Made by a program: the position numbers and the translations under genes
From: Methanosarcinales archaeon
GTDB lineage: Archaea > Halobacteriota > Methanosarcinia > Methanosarcinales > Methanogasteraceae
Assembly (NCBI GenBank): GCA_004211975.1
Contig: RXIK01000113.1
Span: 1 to 61,295 of the forward strand
Length of the DNA: 61,295 nucleotides
Direction of reading: 5' to 3'
Shown here: piece after piece, positions 34,637 to 43,830 of the stretch
Position numbering within the stretch: position 1 is the first letter of the stretch
Layout: the number at the start of each line of letters is the position of its first letter
The notes under the pieces: generated by a model
Database searches by the model: none
Seen by the model: only the letters and a program-made list of their open reading frames with translations
Told to the model about the DNA's origin: nothing

Positions 34637-36931
34637 TTATACGGGTATGCTATCGCTCGTCTCCACATTCGCTGATAGGTCGTATGTCCATCCGGTAAGC
34701 GAAACATCGTCCACCGTGAAGGTGAAGACTGTTCCGCCCGGAAGATGTTTCACCTTGTCAGAGTCCAGCGCTACCTCTCCGTTTACATCAGTTAAACCGG
34801 AATCAGTATCGCTGGTTGCATCACTCCAGTGACCTTCTACGGTCGCATCTCCAACTGGCACACCAGCCGCATCAACGATTGTTACCAGTGCTACGGCGTT
34901 TGTGTTCGGTCCCGCCGTCTTTAACGACATATCAATACTAACAATGTGCATCTCGTTTGTAACCGATAAAACCACAAGCTCGGAAGCGGCAGAATCAATG
35001 ACACTCGCGTCCTGGTCGCAGGTAGTTGTTGCAGTCAACGTGTATGTGGTCTCCGTAGTGCTCGCCGTTGTGGAAACCGTGACTGTCTGCGCGTTCTCAG
35101 CGTTTGGTGCTAAGGTTCCTGTGTTCCAGTTGAGTGGACTAACATCAATTGTAGCCTCGTCAACCGCAGTCCCGCTCATCACAACACTGTAGGATGCATC
35201 GAGATCACCGGTGTTCTTAACCCGGACGGTGTAGGTCGTGCCATTCACAGGTGCCACTGTCTGTGATGCCTCATCGATTGTAACAGTAACTCCGTAGCTT
35301 GGCGGACCGCTTTCAGATCGGATGAACATCTGGTCGATGCAAATCGTGTCCAGAGCTTTGTTTCCGGCAGTTTGGTCGGTATCCATCACACGGATGTAGA
35401 CGACTCCGCTGAGATCACTCGGCAGATCAAAAGTCTGGTACGTGTTGTCATCAGCAGTCTTGGTAACCGTTACCATCTCGGTGTACGTGCTGTCATCAGT
35501 CGAGTATGCAAACACAAAGTCATCGCCATCACTGCTCGGACTGTGATACGCCTCGAGGTAGAAGGTAATGCTGTTTCCACCAGTTACATCAACCGTCCAC
35601 TTGCGCTCAAGATGGCTATATCTATTGGCTGGTTTCCCTCCGCTTTCAACCTCGGTGATGGATTCGTACACATCGTCAGACCCGTATGTATCCGGATAGC
35701 TTCCAGTCACCGTGCCCGCCACTGGTGTGTCTTCATTTGCTTTGTCATCCGCATATCCAGCCGATGAAACCACGAGATCAGAAGTAGCAGAATTGATAAC
35801 ACTCACATCCTGATCGCAGGTAGCCGTTGCAGTCAATGTGTATGTAGTCTCCGTAGTGCTTGCCGTTGTGGAAACCGTGACTGTCTGCACGTTCTCAGCG
35901 TTTGGTGCTAAGGTTCCTGTGTTCCAGTTGAGTGGACTAACATCAATTGTAGCATCGTCAACCGCAGTCCCGCCCATCACAACACTGCAGGATGCATCGA
36001 GATCACCTGTGTTCTTAACCCGGACCGTGTAGGTCGTGCCATTCCCAGGCGACACTGTCTGAGATGCCTCGTCGATTGTAGCGGTAACCCCGTAGCTCGG
36101 CGGAGCAAGCAGAGAGCGGATGAACAGATGGTCAATGTGAATCGTGTCTAAATCCTGGTTTCCCTTGCTTCGATCCGTGTCTTTCACTCGAATGTAAACG
36201 GTACCACTAAGGTCATTTGGCAGCTCGTATGTCTGGTAGCTGTTGTCATCAGCAGTCTTGATAACCGTTACCATCTCGGTGTACGTGCTGTCATCAGTCG
36301 AGTATGCAAATACAAAGTCATCACCATCGCTGCTCGGACTGTGATACGCCTCGAGGTAGAAAGTGACATTAGTTTTGCTTCCATCAGCTACATCAATCGT
36401 CCATTTGTGCTCTAAATAACTATATCGGTTCTTGGCAGGGTTCCCGGTACTTAGAACCTCTGTTATAGATTCGCACAGATCATCAGACTCATGCATATCC
36501 ATGTAGCTGCCTGACACTGTTCCGCTCACAGGTATGTCTTCAGTTGTCTTGTTATCGACCTCTGCGACTGCTTCAAGCGTCATATCCTCACTGAACCCAC
36601 CAGAATCGATCTCGCTCTGCGTTACCGTATGCGTAACAGTCTTTGTCTCTGTGCAGCCAGACGCCTCGAACAGCAGTACGTTGCCAGCACTCACGTCGTC
36701 ACTGTCGAGTACGAGCTTATAGTAGTTCGATGCCGAATCATTTTCGGCATCCCAGCTCACACTTGTATTCGTATTCGTTACCTGAACCCCTGTGCCGTTG
36801 CATGGACTGCCATCTGAGTCAGATACATGCCCTGTGATCACAAACGGTGATGGCTGTGCCATCGCGGGCGCAACCATCGTTATGCACATCAATGTGGCAA
36901 GCATCACGCCCACCATTGTCTTCTTATTCAT
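34637..36931 (-). CDS. Secreted protein: NYY beta-sandwich, two tandem (jelly-roll-like module plus Ig) units, C-terminal Ig-like
   Basis: GGAGG RBS. Signal peptide (..VAPAMAQP). SPFVITGHVSDSDGSPC..NYYKLVL. ~260-aa unit duplicated in tandem (aa 127-389 and 397-655). Confidence 0.8.
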   Translation of the reverse strand: MNKKTMVGVMLATLMCITMVAPAMAQPSPFVITGHVSDSDGSPCNGTGVQVTNTNTSVSWDAENDSASNYYKLVLDSDDVSAGNVLLFEASGCTETKTVTHTVTQSEIDSGGFSEDMTLEAVAEVDNKTTEDIPVSGTVSGSYMDMHESDDLCESITEVLSTGNPAKNRYSYLEHKWTIDVADGSKTNVTFYLEAYHSPSSDGDDFVFAYSTDDSTYTEMVTVIKTADDNSYQTYELPNDLSGTVYIRVKDTDRSKGNQDLDTIHIDHLFIRSLLAPPSYGVTATIDEASQTVSPGNGTTYTVRVKNTGDLDASCSVVMGGTAVDDATIDVSPLNWNTGTLAPNAENVQTVTVSTTASTTETTYTLTATATCDQDVSVINSATSDLVVSSAGYADDKANEDTPVAGTVTGSYPDTYGSDDVYESITEVESGGKPANRYSHLERKWTVDVTGGNSITFYLEAYHSPSSDGDDFVFAYSTDDSTYTEMVTVTKTADDNTYQTFDLPSDLSGVVYIRVMDTDQTAGNKALDTICIDQMFIRSESGPPSYGVTVTIDEASQTVAPVNGTTYTVRVKNTGDLDASYSVVMSGTAVDEATIDVSPLNWNTGTLAPNAENAQTVTVSTTASTTETTYTLTATTTCDQDASVIDSAASELVVLSVTNEMHIVSIDMSLKTAGPNTNAVALVTIVDAAGVPVGDATVEGHWSDATSDTDSGLTDVNGEVALDSDKVKHLPGGTVFTFTVDDVSLTGWTYDLSANVETSDSIPV
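34967..36553 (-). repeat. In-frame tandem duplication of a ~780-nt unit inside 34637..36931
   Basis: Long near-identical stretches, e.g. DDFVFAYSTDDSTYTEMVTV and PPSYGVT.TIDEASQTV..NGTTYTVRVKNTGDLDAS in both copies. Confidence 0.9.
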
Positions 36932-37031
36932 CCGGTTATACCTCCTTTCTTTTCAGCCCCTTCACGGATTTGAACCGTGTAGAGAACGTCTTTTCCATTT
37001 CCATGCTCTTTACCTCATTTCAATTAAAGAC

Positions 37032-37060
37032 AAAAAGAGAGGAATGCCAGATTCCTCCCT
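37032..37060 (-). terminator. Hairpin plus T-tract terminator after 37069..40713
   Basis: GAGGGAGGAAU-CUGGC-AUUCCUCUC followed by TTTTTG on the minus strand, directly after the stop. Confidence 0.65.
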
Positions 37061-37068
37061 CAGTTCTC

Positions 37069-40000
37069 TCACGCTCCCTTTGCTATCACCTCTACCGTAT
37101 TGCTTCCCTCAAATCTTTCGCCTGTCGTCAACTCTCCTGTAACGCTCAGCGAAACCGCATCGCCTGTTGGCACATCCACCAGATCCGGTATCTTGAACTT
37201 GACCTCTAGTGCCTGTTTACCGGGTACGACACTACCGTCTCCAAACGCATGCGCTCCCTCGCATTCAACCGTACTTACATCAATATCTGCAACATCGTAC
37301 CCTTCCGGCAGTGTGATGAATGCCTTGAGGATTCCGTTGCTGTTCAGGTTCAGCTTCTTACCGTCAAATGTCACGCCTGCCAGTAATATGACTTCCACAT
37401 CTTTCGTCAGTTCGTTATTGGTCTCATCAAGTTCTTCCACGGAATTGTCTGCATCTGCTGTCACGGTGAGCGTTGCATTGCCTGTTGCATCCGGTGTCCA
37501 GAGGAACTCGACCGTCGTGTTCTCGCCTGCTGCAAGTGTTATGATGGTTGCTGTATCCACATGAGTGCCATCGACATCAAGCAAGACTTCGAAGTTCTCA
37601 GCGGCAGATCCGCCGATGTTCTCGATCGTTGCAGTGATCGGGTTGATCACATCGTTTCGCAGATTGGCTGGTGTTCCGATCAATGCTACGGTCAGGTCTG
37701 GTAGCGGATCGCAGAACGCATAGACCCTTCCGCCACCGATCGTGAAGACCATGTTGTCAGCAACTGCCGGGGATGAGCCGCCCTCGGGATAGCTCCATAT
37801 CACGTCACCGGTTGCTGCGTCAAGTGCGTAGGTGCCGGCATAGTCAAAGGAATCGCCTCCTTCGACCCCAACAAAGACCTTGCCATCTGCAACCGCAACC
37901 GAGCAGGTCCATGCACCGATCTCATCGGCTGTATCAGTTTCCCAGACCGGATCGCCTGTTGCCGCATTGAAGCAGTATGTCTGGCGATCGCTGTATCCCA
38001 GGCATCCACCTGTGACGTACACGTTTCCATACGCTACTGCAGGTGTTGAGTCAGATCGCTGGATCGTCTGCTGCCACAGGATCGATCCATCGCTCGCGTC
38101 CATCGCATAGATCGCACCATAGCCATCGAATTTGTAGTTGGTGACGTACACAGTACCATCCACAACCGCGGGAGAGCCACAGGTGTCAAGCGGAGTGGTC
38201 TGGTTCCAGATCTCTTCTCCGGTATCGGCATCTACACAGTACACAGTCCCGCCAACATATATCCAGGTAGTGAGATAGAACTTCCCATCCTCATAAGCCG
38301 GTACTCCCTGGGCGTATCCAACACCCCAATTGCCTGTTTTTGTCTCTGTGAACGTCCAGAGCAGTTCACCGGTCTCTTCATCGAGACAGTAGAAATGACC
38401 TGCCTGCCAGTCATTGACTATAACCTTGCCATCGGCAACGACAGGACCTCCATTAACACCGGACTCGTTCGTCGGGTTCTCAAATACCCATATCGGTTCG
38501 CCGGTTGCGGCATTGTAGCATCCTGCCTCTATGTCAGTAGAGGTGAATACTCTGCCGTTATGATATGCAGGTGATGACCATGAACCGGATGCAGGCGTAG
38601 GGATGCTTATGTTCCAGAGAATTGCCCCAGTGAACTCATCAAGGCAGTACAGTGCGCCATCTCCACCACTCCATCCTGTGGGACCGCTGTAGGCAAAGAC
38701 CTTGCCATCAGCAACCACTGTTGACGTGCCCCCGATCGCACTTATCTCATCGCTGATCCAGAACGTCTCGTTCGTGTCAGGTGCATCTGATGGCGAGAAT
38801 CCTGAATGTACGATGTCGTGGTGGAACTGATGCCAGTCTGTGGGCTTGATGATGACTGAAGTTCTTGCAAAATCGTTGTTCGTTTCAGTGGATTCTTCGA
38901 CATCGTTGTTGGTGTCTGCAGTGGCACTGAGTAGATGTCCTCCGAGTTCGGCTGGCATCCAAGTGTATTCGATCTCAGTGGTCTCTCCTGCGGCAAGCGA
39001 TGGGACTGTCTGCCCGGGCATCGATGTTCCATCGATTGCGAGTGAAAAATTGAACGATCCTGCATCAACGGTTCCTGTGTTCTTCACCCTCACACCGAGG
39101 ATGTTATCCTCGTTCACATAGCCCGGAGTCTTTAGTGCGACCCATACGATAAGGTCAGGCATACTCGGTGCTTCGAGCACGTTTTCGAGGCAGTTGTTCG
39201 TCTCGTTGAGTTCGTTGATGGTCTCACCGCTGTTTGCACAGACCCTGATCGTGTCATTCTCACCCGAGAGCGTGAACAGACCGACTGTGCCGGTGTGGCT
39301 CTCGCCTACCTGCAGTGCTGGCACAGAATCAGTCGTTTCCTCTACTCCGTCGATCTTAATCGATGTTGTGCTTGCGCCGGCACCGTCGCCGCCGATGTTC
39401 TCAACGGTGTACGTTACGGTGTATGTCCTGTCCATCAGGCTGACCCAATCCTCGGACGTCTCTGTTACTGTGAGATCAGGTCTGTCGCCTGCTTCAAGGA
39501 GCACATCCTGCACGAACCCGCCGGTTTCGAGATCGGACGCTGTTACCGGGTGGTCGGTCTCATTTGAGACTGTTTTATCGCTTGCGTTGATCCGGATCGT
39601 GTCGCCTGCGGTTACGCATGTTGAGTCGGTCAGTGTCAGGTAGAGGCTTGAACCCGTGGTGGTCTTGACTGTGAAGTGCTCACCTGATGCGAGGTTTGTT
39701 ACCGTGACTGCCGGGTCGAGGACATGACCTCCGCTTGTGTAAGTGACACTGCCTGAGATGAGGAAAGGGGTCGGTGTGTGGGATTCGGGATAGTTCTCGA
39801 ATCCTGACATTAGCGGGCGGTGGTCCTCTCCGAGACTTTCTGGAACCGTGTAGGGCGTATCTCCAATTCCATCGCCATCGCCATCGCTTCCGGTGTAATC
39901 ACTCCAGTAGTTGCCGAGGTAGTTTGTGAGGATTACGCCGCCGTAGGTGTGCTCGATTGGCTCGGTGGAGTTCCAGTAGGTTACGGCTGGTACCGTACTC

Positions 40001-40713
40001 CAAGTAGTTGTTGCAGTTACACCGTTGTCAACGAAGTTGTTGAGATATATCTTGTTGCCTGAACCTGCATCATATAGCTCGATACCTGCGTAAACGTTTG
40101 AGTTAAGGTTGTTCTTTGTGACTATATTGTTTTCACAGGTATGCTCGAGTCCATCTAATGATATTGCAGCGCCTACACTGCCTTTAATGGTGTTGTTAAC
40201 AATTGTACAGGAGCTTCCCATTATATACACCGCACAAATATCACTTTGTGCATTAAAAACAACATTATTCTCAAAAGTGGTATTCGAGGCAATTGTCTCA
40301 ATCGCACAATATAAACCATCAAAGATGTTATTTCTGACTATGCAATTTGGAGCGGTTGAATAGACTGCTACACCACAACCAAGAGGTGTGTCATTAAAAT
40401 TAAATCCTTCAACGATACACACAGAAGCATCCGAAGGTTCACCATATATAAAAATAATGTTACCCTCTTCAGCTCCATGCAATGTCACGACATCTGTACT
40501 TTCTCCTTTCAATCTGATGTTTGGTTTATTTATTATAATATTTTCACTATAAGTCCCTGCATGAACAAAGACCGTGTCTCCATCAGAAGCTCTATCTATT
40601 GCAGCCTGTATTGAATCACTTTCATATACATCCCGTGTCGTTGCCGCTGCTGGTATCACCATTATCATCACGCCCAAAAGTGCGATCAAACAGACAGTAT
40701 ATATCGTTTTCAT
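37069..40713 (-). CDS. Secreted beta-helix, NYY beta-sandwich, CARDB, PQQ-like propeller, extra CARDB, C-terminal ~100-aa domain protein (paralog B)
   Basis: Same architecture and many identical stretches as 28889..32410. Has one additional CARDB after the propeller (PDLTVALIGTPANLRNDVINPITATIENIGG..ETNN). Confidence 0.85.
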   Translation of the reverse strand: MKTIYTVCLIALLGVMIMVIPAAATTRDVYESDSIQAAIDRASDGDTVFVHAGTYSENIIINKPNIRLKGESTDVVTLHGAEEGNIIFIYGEPSDASVCIVEGFNFNDTPLGCGVAVYSTAPNCIVRNNIFDGLYCAIETIASNTTFENNVVFNAQSDICAVYIMGSSCTIVNNTIKGSVGAAISLDGLEHTCENNIVTKNNLNSNVYAGIELYDAGSGNKIYLNNFVDNGVTATTTWSTVPAVTYWNSTEPIEHTYGGVILTNYLGNYWSDYTGSDGDGDGIGDTPYTVPESLGEDHRPLMSGFENYPESHTPTPFLISGSVTYTSGGHVLDPAVTVTNLASGEHFTVKTTTGSSLYLTLTDSTCVTAGDTIRINASDKTVSNETDHPVTASDLETGGFVQDVLLEAGDRPDLTVTETSEDWVSLMDRTYTVTYTVENIGGDGAGASTTSIKIDGVEETTDSVPALQVGESHTGTVGLFTLSGENDTIRVCANSGETINELNETNNCLENVLEAPSMPDLIVWVALKTPGYVNEDNILGVRVKNTGTVDAGSFNFSLAIDGTSMPGQTVPSLAAGETTEIEYTWMPAELGGHLLSATADTNNDVEESTETNNDFARTSVIIKPTDWHQFHHDIVHSGFSPSDAPDTNETFWISDEISAIGGTSTVVADGKVFAYSGPTGWSGGDGALYCLDEFTGAILWNISIPTPASGSWSSPAYHNGRVFTSTDIEAGCYNAATGEPIWVFENPTNESGVNGGPVVADGKVIVNDWQAGHFYCLDEETGELLWTFTETKTGNWGVGYAQGVPAYEDGKFYLTTWIYVGGTVYCVDADTGEEIWNQTTPLDTCGSPAVVDGTVYVTNYKFDGYGAIYAMDASDGSILWQQTIQRSDSTPAVAYGNVYVTGGCLGYSDRQTYCFNAATGDPVWETDTADEIGAWTCSVAVADGKVFVGVEGGDSFDYAGTYALDAATGDVIWSYPEGGSSPAVADNMVFTIGGGRVYAFCDPLPDLTVALIGTPANLRNDVINPITATIENIGGSAAENFEVLLDVDGTHVDTATIITLAAGENTTVEFLWTPDATGNATLTVTADADNSVEELDETNNELTKDVEVILLAGVTFDGKKLNLNSNGILKAFITLPEGYDVADIDVSTVECEGAHAFGDGSVVPGKQALEVKFKIPDLVDVPTGDAVSLSVTGELTTGERFEGSNTVEVIAKGA

Positions 40714-40750
40714 CTGATTTACCTCCTAAAAAATAAAAAAGGATTATGTT

Positions 40751-42577
40751 TCATGGTGTCACCACCAGTTTAACATAATCAGTCTCGATATGTGAATGGT
40801 ATGTGGTTTGACCTCTCGTGTACTGTGGGCTCTTTTGTTTCACCAATACCGTCACATTGCCCGAATTGATGTAGTTGCTGATACTCGATGTTCTCTCTCC
40901 GGTCAAAGTCGAATCGGTTCCATCAGCATTGCTAGCCAGCTCTTCATATGCTGTGCCGTTCCAGATGTAAAGCGTTGCACCATCGTCATTGCCTACTACT
41001 TTGCCCCGATACCCTTTTCCGTTCCAAGTAACGTTGATCTTCGTTATCCACGACCCCTCGTTGTCATCGATATTGAAGTTGAACCTGTGGGCAGCGTAGT
41101 TGCCATTTGCAGTGCTCTGATTGCTTGCGTACACAGTATCATCAAACCTGATGTTGGCATACTCGGTTGCATTGAATTCCTTACTCGGGTCTCCGGCTCC
41201 CGGGCTATCATCGACCTGATGCTTGAACGCCCACGCCTTCTTCGGTGACTCTCTTGCCCTTGCTGTGTTGAAGTCATACCGCGTCCAGTTTGCAAGTCCG
41301 AACAGATGCCCTTTATCGTTTCCGAAGAATACCCATCCACCTGAGATCGCTGCACCCTGAAGGGTATATCCGGCATTGTCTCCGGATGGCAGATAATTCC
41401 ACTGTTCGCGGGCAGCAGTATTCCCAGAATAGTCTTTGAGGCAGTACAGCCTCCCACTCGCACAGTTCGTCGTGAAGTATATGTATATCTCTTTGTTCGT
41501 GCCGTTGTCATACCATGTGGATATAACTGGCGATGATTGTACGCCACCGTTTGGTGTAAAGCTCCAATCTTCACTGCCATCCGATTCGTCCAGACAGTAT
41601 AGCCCGTCACTACTTCCGACATACACCCTTCCCTTGTAAACCGCTGGCGTGGACGTGGTATATCCGATATTATGCGCCCACCAATCCGATGAGTTGAATT
41701 CTCCGGTGGACTTGTCAAATCCGATCCTTGTCACATGATTACCAGTTCTGTTTGTGAAAAATATGTGTCCGTAGTTTGAGTCCGATGCACTCACATTCCA
41801 TGCAATCGAAGATCTGATCTCACCGCTGCCAACGTGAAGCTCGTCCACATCCGTGCTATTGCACCAGTACACAGATGCCAGGTACCCACCATCGTCTCCG
41901 TAGACCAGATAATCACCGATCACCGCAGCGCCTGCCCAGTAGTATCCACCGCCAGTGTTGTTGTTATTACGCACCCATTTTTGAGTGCCGTTGTTTGCAT
42001 AGTAGCAGTAGTAATAACCCTTGTCACTATTGTTGACACTCGTCATATTCACCGTGCCAAAGAAGATCAAGCCGTCATAGTAAGTCACAGGGGTGTTTGT
42101 CTGCTGATCACCGATGCTTGCATTCGACCATTTGACAGTGCCATTATCTGTGTAGAGCGCATGTATCCCTGTCTGGGTGCTGACATTTCCCTTCGAGAGC
42201 GCCACATACAGTACACCATCGTTGTATGCAGGTGTGGCAAGCTCGAAATATCCATCGCCTCCAATAGTGGTGTTCGTCCACGCCTGAGTGCCGTTTAGGT
42301 ACTTCGCGTATATGTTTCCGTTATAGGCAACCACATACACTTTTCCATCTCCAACGACTGGGGCGGTATCTATGCCGCTCCATGGCGAAGATGCAGTGTG
42401 GTGATTCCATGATGCCGTGTCATCCGGCGCCGTTATCGGCGCACTGTCCGCGGTTCTTCCGATATTAACTTCACCCTTCTGGAACTGAGACCAGTCGGAC
42501 GCAGCAATCGTTAGGGTGAGCGCAAGCGTCACCATCGTCAGTACTGCTGCTATTTTTATAATGTTAATTCTATTCAT
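40751..42577 (-). CDS. Secreted PQQ-like beta-propeller protein with uncharacterised C-terminal module (paralog B)
   Basis: N-terminal 50 aa and the last 15 aa are nearly identical to 32446..34254. Same C-terminal NYAAHRFNFNID..TLYIWNG..ETDYVKLVVTP module. Confidence 0.8.
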   Translation of the reverse strand: MNRINIIKIAAVLTMVTLALTLTIAASDWSQFQKGEVNIGRTADSAPITAPDDTASWNHHTASSPWSGIDTAPVVGDGKVYVVAYNGNIYAKYLNGTQAWTNTTIGGDGYFELATPAYNDGVLYVALSKGNVSTQTGIHALYTDNGTVKWSNASIGDQQTNTPVTYYDGLIFFGTVNMTSVNNSDKGYYYCYYANNGTQKWVRNNNNTGGGYYWAGAAVIGDYLVYGDDGGYLASVYWCNSTDVDELHVGSGEIRSSIAWNVSASDSNYGHIFFTNRTGNHVTRIGFDKSTGEFNSSDWWAHNIGYTTSTPAVYKGRVYVGSSDGLYCLDESDGSEDWSFTPNGGVQSSPVISTWYDNGTNKEIYIYFTTNCASGRLYCLKDYSGNTAAREQWNYLPSGDNAGYTLQGAAISGGWVFFGNDKGHLFGLANWTRYDFNTARARESPKKAWAFKHQVDDSPGAGDPSKEFNATEYANIRFDDTVYASNQSTANGNYAAHRFNFNIDDNEGSWITKINVTWNGKGYRGKVVGNDDGATLYIWNGTAYEELASNADGTDSTLTGERTSSISNYINSGNVTVLVKQKSPQYTRGQTTYHSHIETDYVKLVVTP

Positions 42578-42695
42578 GATTGTCTCCTTTTCGTCTGCAT
42601 TAACGCAGACGAACTTGTTATCACATTCGAGAAATATAAATCAATCATAATCTATTCCCTCCAATTACCCTGATAAGCCAGCGGCTGCCATGCAT
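42578..42695 (-). promoter_or_regulatory. Conserved leader/upstream block of the propeller genes (copy B), with a perfect palindrome beside the RBS
   Basis: GTCTGC-ATTAAC-GCAGAC at 42593-42610, 5 nt from GGAGA and 15 nt from the ATG. Block conserved with 34255-34371. A related GTCT..AGAC motif lies at about 48100-48125. Confidence 0.35.
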
Positions 42696-42753
42696 CTCGC
42701 AGAGGGCAGCCCGCCGCTTATCTGTTCACTCATTCTTCTTGACCTATGCCGAT

Positions 42754-43641
42754 TTACGGATACGTAAGCGTGCAACCCGCTGTTGCCGCAATAAAGTATC
42801 CGTCTCCTCGATCCATCGTTGTGAAGTCGTTGAAGACTACCGGTACTCCTGGCAGATACACCTCATAGCTCTGCGATGATGCATCCCAGTGTGCAACATA
42901 CCTATAGCTGCCATCAACCGACGAAAGCGCACCCGGAAGCGCAGAACCAGTCGCGTTCGTCCAGCCAACGCAGTTCAGTCCTGTCGATAGGCTGGCGGAA
43001 ATCGAAGTGAATGCAGTCCCCTCATACACCCAGTCACCTGCAGTCGTGACATGCACAAAATATCCAACGCCCGGATCCATCGTGGCAGCATCCTCAAACT
43101 GATGTGTGACTGCGTTGTAGCTCTTCACAGCATCATACGCAATCGTAGCATTTCCAAGTACCACACTCGTGCTGCTGTCGATTGGCGTCAGTGGCAGCGA
43201 GACGAGGTTCCAGCCGAGTGGCAGGGACTTGGTGAAGGTCTCGGTCTCTACCGGGACTTCGTAGACTACGATATTGATCTCGTAAAACCCACAACCTGGA
43301 TGGTTAGCCTCCCAAGCGTCTGGCAACTTAACAATCTTCTCACCATACCACCTTTCATCTGGACTGGTTACCCAGACTCGTACATATTCTTCAGTACTCT
43401 CCGCTATACCAGTCACTAAATAGTTCCAAAATGGCGGGTTTGGATCTGTAGGCTCACACCATGGCTCCGTATCAGGATAAGACTGATTCAGGTTTTCTTC
43501 GCACACCGTCCATCCGTATGGGCATGTGGTACCATCTTCGTACTGGATAGTACCCATTGTATTAACTGCAAATGCCGAAGCACTTGGTATCATCGCGAGC
43601 ATCATCACAATCACGATGAGCCCGGTTATTCCTATTCTCAT
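42754..43641 (-). CDS. Secreted protein: Cys-containing N-domain plus two GWN..(V/L)S(L)P-type C-terminal repeats
   Basis: Signal peptide (..PSASAFAVN). N-domain about 93% nt-identical to that of 43831..45801. C-terminal LPLGWNLVSLPLTP.. and GLNCVGWTNATG.. repeats. Confidence 0.7.
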   Translation of the reverse strand: MRIGITGLIVIVMMLAMIPSASAFAVNTMGTIQYEDGTTCPYGWTVCEENLNQSYPDTEPWCEPTDPNPPFWNYLVTGIAESTEEYVRVWVTSPDERWYGEKIVKLPDAWEANHPGCGFYEINIVVYEVPVETETFTKSLPLGWNLVSLPLTPIDSSTSVVLGNATIAYDAVKSYNAVTHQFEDAATMDPGVGYFVHVTTAGDWVYEGTAFTSISASLSTGLNCVGWTNATGSALPGALSSVDGSYRYVAHWDASSQSYEVYLPGVPVVFNDFTTMDRGDGYFIAATAGCTLTYP

Positions 43642-43723
43642 CTGCTTTTACCTCCTGTTATTCGATTCAACGTTCTTTCCTTCATGTTCTCTTACCTCCT
43701 TATGGTTTTGTTTATCTATATCT

Positions 43724-43744
43724 CTCGAAATCACCGATTTCGAG
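43724..43744. promoter_or_regulatory. Perfect 9-bp stem hairpin/palindrome upstream of 42754..43641
   Basis: CTCGAAATC-ACC-GATTTCGAG, about 85 nt upstream of the ATG at 43641. Confidence 0.3.
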
Positions 43745-43786
43745 GAGTTGATAAAACCGTGTGGGCTTATCAACACCAACATTCAC

Positions 43787-43806
43787 CCAAAAAAAAGAAA
43801 AAGGGT
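43787..43806 (-). terminator. Oligo-T archaeal terminator after 43831..45801
   Basis: Minus strand reads CCCTTTTTCTTTTTTTTGGG, 25 nt after the stop. Confidence 0.6.
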
Positions 43807-43830
43807 GAAAAATCAAATGTTGTGATCAGT

